A stretch of 64,000 nt of DNA from Candidatus Bathyarchaeota archaeon (lineage in GTDB: Archaea; Thermoproteota; Bathyarchaeia; Bathyarchaeales; Bathycorpusculaceae): contig CAVYXJ010000007.1 of the NCBI GenBank assembly GCA_963772455.1, forward strand, positions 422,579-486,578, in the 5' to 3' direction. Position numbers and translations under genes: made by a program. How positions within the stretch are numbered: position 1 is the stretch's first letter; every line of letters begins with the position of its first letter. Of the stretch, positions 60,264 through 64,000 are shown piece by piece. Under the pieces are notes generated by a model. That model was given only the letters and a program-made list of their open reading frames with translations, searched no databases and was not told the DNA's origin.

Positions 60264-61475
60264 TCAGGAGCGTGTCGCTAAGACTTCACGGTAGATTTCT
60301 AGATGTTTCTCAGCTATACTACTCCATTTTGTAGCATTCCACATATCTTCGCATTTTGCTTTAAGTAAATCTCTTATTTGTTTATTCGAAAGTAAACCTC
60401 GTATTTTCTCAAAAAGGTCCTGAGGGTCTTCGCTATTAAATAATTCTAAGCACCCAAATTCATCATATACTTCTCTGAATGCTTTCAAATCTGATGTTAT
60501 TGTGGGAACTTTATAGGCGATTAGAAGGTGCAAAACGCCACTATCTGTAACAGTTCTGTATGGGAGTACGGCAATGTCGGTTGCGTTAAGGATGCAGGTT
60601 AAATCTTGAAGGAATCCAGTGAAGGTTACCTTCTCTGAGCAGTTGCAGTGCATTGCGATTTTCTTGAGGAGCTCAAGGTAAATTGCGTCGTTGGTCGTTT
60701 GTGGTCCTCCAGCAATAACGAGTTGAACATTCGGATCTAATTGTGGAAGTAGAGGAATAACTAAATCATGACCTTTTTTGGGTGTAACAAATCCCATTAT
60801 AGTAATTACTGTTTTACTTTGTAAGCCAAGTTTACGTTTGCATTCTTCTTTGTTTAAGAAGTTGGGTTTTTCAAAGCTGCCATGGGGTATTACACGCAAC
60901 TTTGACTCGCTTAAACCATACACCGTTTTCATTATTTCTCTGCTTTCTTGAGTATGTACAATCATGAGGTCTGAAACTGTAAAAATGAGTTTGTCGAGAA
61001 TTTTCGTGTAGTAGAGGCCACTTTTTCCGCCGGCTGTAACTTTTTTTCTGGGTTCGTGAATAGTTGTAATAATACGCCTGTTTCCCAAGGCGAGCCCAAA
61101 ATAGAAGAGAACGGCAGCAAAGGCTGTCAGGTTTCTTCTACCAACTCTTAGGCTTGGAAAAATTCCATATTCAAATTGAATATGAACCAAATCGTGGGAT
61201 CGCGCAACTTCGTAACCTTGGATAAAGAAGTATGGCGATAATGCATTTTTCTTATGTAAAGCTATGATGTAAAGGCGGGCATTTTTTTTAAGTTCTTGTG
61301 CCAAGAAGGCAGAGTAAGTTGCAATTCCGCATTGCTTGTCCCAGGACGTGACTAAATTTATTGAAAGAGAATTATTATCAAGGGGTATGTGCATATGACG
61401 ATATCTAATTTTTTTGAAAAATCCTGTCGCAAATATGCTCCCCAGTTTTTTAGGAATTTTTTTAATCATAAACAT
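60264..61475 (-). CDS. GT4 family glycosyltransferase
   Basis: CGIATYS, HIQFEYG, IPHG, GFVTPKKG, LPY...SGV. Confidence 0.85.
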   Translation of the reverse strand: MFMIKKIPKKLGSIFATGFFKKIRYRHMHIPLDNNSLSINLVTSWDKQCGIATYSAFLAQELKKNARLYIIALHKKNALSPYFFIQGYEVARSHDLVHIQFEYGIFPSLRVGRRNLTAFAAVLFYFGLALGNRRIITTIHEPRKKVTAGGKSGLYYTKILDKLIFTVSDLMIVHTQESREIMKTVYGLSESKLRVIPHGSFEKPNFLNKEECKRKLGLQSKTVITIMGFVTPKKGHDLVIPLLPQLDPNVQLVIAGGPQTTNDAIYLELLKKIAMHCNCSEKVTFTGFLQDLTCILNATDIAVLPYRTVTDSGVLHLLIAYKVPTITSDLKAFREVYDEFGCLELFNSEDPQDLFEKIRGLLSNKQIRDLLKAKCEDMWNATKWSSIAEKHLEIYREVLATRS

Positions 61476-61485
61476 GCTCTCAGCC

Positions 61486-62478
61486 TTAATGCAACCAATG
61501 AAAGAGTCGAGATTTCAGTGGTTCCCTTATGAGTGGAGCAGAATAAAGATCAATGGGCCCATACTTTTTTCTAAGATTCCTCCCAAGTCGAAAACCTTCA
61601 ATTAAAGAAACTAGAATGGCTTTGCGCTGAGCCACAGTACGCTTGCTAACAATAAGTTTTCGTATATTTTGAGTAATAAAGCCTAACTTGCTAGCGCTAT
61701 TAGTCATATAGAGTAAAGCTACGCGGTTTCGTAAAAAATAGTGGAATAGATCTTGTTTCTTAGCTACTTTGTTGCTAGTTCCCATCCGATAATGTGAGCC
61801 AACTATTACAGGAAGAACCATACATTTGAAACCGTTAGCCCAAAGCTTGAGGGATACGAATGCATCTTCCAAATAATACATAAAACCAGCAGTCACATAC
61901 AACTCATTGTTGCCGAAAGTACTCTTAATAGCATTTAAGTTAAACACAGGTATTGAGCCTTCAATAAAGGTAACATATTTGGGTTTGCAGACGTTCTCAA
62001 CAGGACCACTATAGGCTGCGTAAGTTCCCAAAGCTTCATTCATCATAAATCCATAACTGTCCACAACAGACTCATCGCCTAATTTAACAACAATACCTTG
62101 GACAGCACCTACTTCTTTGTGATTCTCCAAAAAAGTCACCGTCTTCTTAAGATAATCAGATTTAGGAATCAAATCGTTATGGGTAAAAGCTAAATATTGT
62201 GAGCTTTGGTTTCGAATACTATTGCCAAAATTCATTGCTCCTGAGGGACCAAAATTTTTCTCAAGCTTCACAAACTTTATGTTCTGACTATCCTTTTTGT
62301 TCTCTAGGACGTACCTCTCTATTACATCAGCGCTTCCATCAGTTGAATGATTGTCAATCAAGATTACCTCGAGATTGTCATAATCGAGTTGCAATAATGC
62401 GTTGACTGATTTTTTTGTCACCTCAATTAAGTGCATGCTATTGTAATTTAGCCAAATCAGCGAAACAGGCGACAGCAT
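61486..62478 (-). CDS. GT2 family glycosyltransferase
   Basis: VSLIWLNYN, IDNHSTDGS, HND, YLED. Confidence 0.85.
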   Translation of the reverse strand: MLSPVSLIWLNYNSMHLIEVTKKSVNALLQLDYDNLEVILIDNHSTDGSADVIERYVLENKKDSQNIKFVKLEKNFGPSGAMNFGNSIRNQSSQYLAFTHNDLIPKSDYLKKTVTFLENHKEVGAVQGIVVKLGDESVVDSYGFMMNEALGTYAAYSGPVENVCKPKYVTFIEGSIPVFNLNAIKSTFGNNELYVTAGFMYYLEDAFVSLKLWANGFKCMVLPVIVGSHYRMGTSNKVAKKQDLFHYFLRNRVALLYMTNSASKLGFITQNIRKLIVSKRTVAQRKAILVSLIEGFRLGRNLRKKYGPIDLYSAPLIREPLKSRLFHWLH

Positions 62479-62708
62479 TTGGAATCAAATTAAGATCTAT
62501 TGGAATGATATTTAAGTTAATTCTTAAATGCCATTTTTGGTGATAAAGAATGTATTTTGTATCTTACCTTGTGAACCATGGGTAATTATCAATAAACCGC
62601 TTCCAAATGTGCTTAATTCTTTTTTGAACAGAGTGGAAAACGTATATGTCAAGTTATTTAAGAATGCCAACTTCATTAATACATTCATCCAAAAACGGAA
62701 TTGCCACG

Positions 62709-64000
62709 ATGATAAAGGTACTATTAATTAATCCTCCCCAGACATTCTACGACGCCTCAATTGGTCGTACAATTTACTTTCCGCTCGGTTTGATGTATTT
62801 AGGAGCGGTTGTTAGGGATATTTGTCACGTTGAAATATTCGATTGCCTCACGTCAGAAGTTGAAACAAGAGAGGGCAATTCAGTTACTTATGGTGCTTCA
62901 TCTGAAGATATCAAGAAGGCAATAACCGAGAAAAAACCTGACATAGTCGGCATTTCTGTCCCCTTCACTTCTCAATATAGAAACGCAGAACGTGTTGCCA
63001 TCATTGCCAAAGAAGTAAACCCGAAGATAATTACAGTTTTCGGAGGGCCAGACCCCTCGGTGCGGTTCAAAGATATTCTTGAAAAGGATTATTGTGACTA
63101 CTGTATTATTGGTGAAGGTGAAGAAACATTCTATGAGTTCGTCAAAAAAGCCTCATCACACTCAATTTTGGAAGGCGTCAAAGGGCTTGCTTACAAAGAT
63201 AAAGGAGCCATTCGATTTGAGCCTCGACCTTTTAATTCAAATCTGGATGCATTGCCTTTTCCAGCTTTTGATCTTGTCGATATGAATCTGTACCTTCAAA
63301 ATGAAGCGCTTTATAAGAATCGCAGCAAAATATACAAAAAATCCATCTCAATCATTACCAGCCGAGGATGCCCTTACAGCTGCGTTTTCTGCTCAATTAG
63401 ACTCCATATGGGACAGAAATACCGTGCTCATTCCCCCGAGTACGTTATGAAGCTGCTTAGACTATACATTAACAAGTACGGCATAACGCAATTTCATTTT
63501 GAAGATGATAACGTATCCTTTGATAAGCAAAGGTTTGAAACCATTTTAGATTGTATAATCAAGGAAAACCTGCAAATTCAATGGGATACGCCAAATGGTG
63601 TGCGAATTGACTCATTGAATTATAATATCTTACAAAAGATGAAGAAGTCTGGCTGCGTTCAAATCACGTTAGCTATAGAATCTGGAAACCAAAGAGTGCT
63701 CGACGAAGTCATCAAGAAGAAAACAAAATTACCGTATATTTTGGAAATTGTGAAGAACTGCAAAGAACTAAGAATTTCTGCTAACGCATTCTACGTAATT
63801 GGTTTTCCTGGAGAAACAATTAGTGAGATGAAAGATACAATCAATTTAGCACTCAAACTCTACAAAGATTATGACCTTCATCCGCATCTTATGGTTGCAA
63901 CGCCGCTTTACGGAACAGAACTCTATGAGATATGTGTACGCGATAACTTGCTAAAAGGCAACCCGACTTTCGAGGAACTATCAATAGCAACTCAGACAAC
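62709..64000 (+). CDS. B12-binding radical SAM protein (runs off the window end)
   Basis: Manual translation: MIKVLLINPP...FPLGLMYL, DIVGIS, VFGGP, GEGE, TSRGCPYSCVFC, FEDDN, IESG, GFPGET. Confidence 0.88.
   Translation, partial: MIKVLLINPPQTFYDASIGRTIYFPLGLMYLGAVVRDICHVEIFDCLTSEVETREGNSVTYGASSEDIKKAITEKKPDIVGISVPFTSQYRNAERVAIIAKEVNPKIITVFGGPDPSVRFKDILEKDYCDYCIIGEGEETFYEFVKKASSHSILEGVKGLAYKDKGAIRFEPRPFNSNLDALPFPAFDLVDMNLYLQNEALYKNRSKIYKKSISIITSRGCPYSCVFCSIRLHMGQKYRAHSPEYVMKLLRLYINKYGITQFHFEDDNVSFDKQRFETILDCIIKENLQIQWDTPNGVRIDSLNYNILQKMKKSGCVQITLAIESGNQRVLDEVIKKKTKLPYILEIVKNCKELRISANAFYVIGFPGETISEMKDTINLALKLYKDYDLHPHLMVATPLYGTELYEICVRDNLLKGNPTFEELSIATQT

Noticed and set aside
849-63285. Many 60-170 aa antisense or alternate-frame ORFs in the track (e.g. 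11920-12411, 24976-25476, 53525-53971, 63079-63285)
   Set aside because: They are shadows of well-supported genes and carry no motifs
1-64000. CRISPR array, cas genes, rRNA, transposases
   Set aside because: No regularly spaced repeats or recognisable motifs were seen

Overview
Gene-dense, AT-rich archaeal chromosome segment. TFB, Alba, L7Ae/S28e/L24e/L40e, Hel308, a ribophorin-I-like protein and frequent TTG starts point to the TACK group; Bathyarchaeia is my inference. The window holds a his operon (GDCBHAFI), a DAP-aminotransferase lysine operon (dapA-dapB-asd-lysA-dapF-dapL), an initiator tRNA-Met, a box C/D sRNA, and a roughly 12 kb metal/oxidative-stress region (CopA, YHS, PDO, FprA, rubrerythrin, SOD, disulfide reductase-glutaredoxin-FTR, Nth). 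It also holds informational genes, an Fe-S/sulfur-relay operon and the start of a glycan-modification cluster. I found no CRISPR array, rRNA, integrase or transposase. Best candidates for new biology: (1) an operon with a catalytically degenerate IscS-like protein, IscU, an intact SufS and a small Cys-containing partner; (2) a divergent pair of paralogous tiny RHH-like genes sharing repeated operator-like motifs; (3) gcvH coupled to a Nox/CoADR-type flavoprotein with an extra C-terminal Cys; (4) a deacetylase-GNAT fusion. Seven +1 frameshifts lie at or beside CTAG- or GATC-derived pentamers, which suggests methylation-related long-read errors rather than real pseudogenes. All assignments come from reading motifs by eye; no database searches were run.
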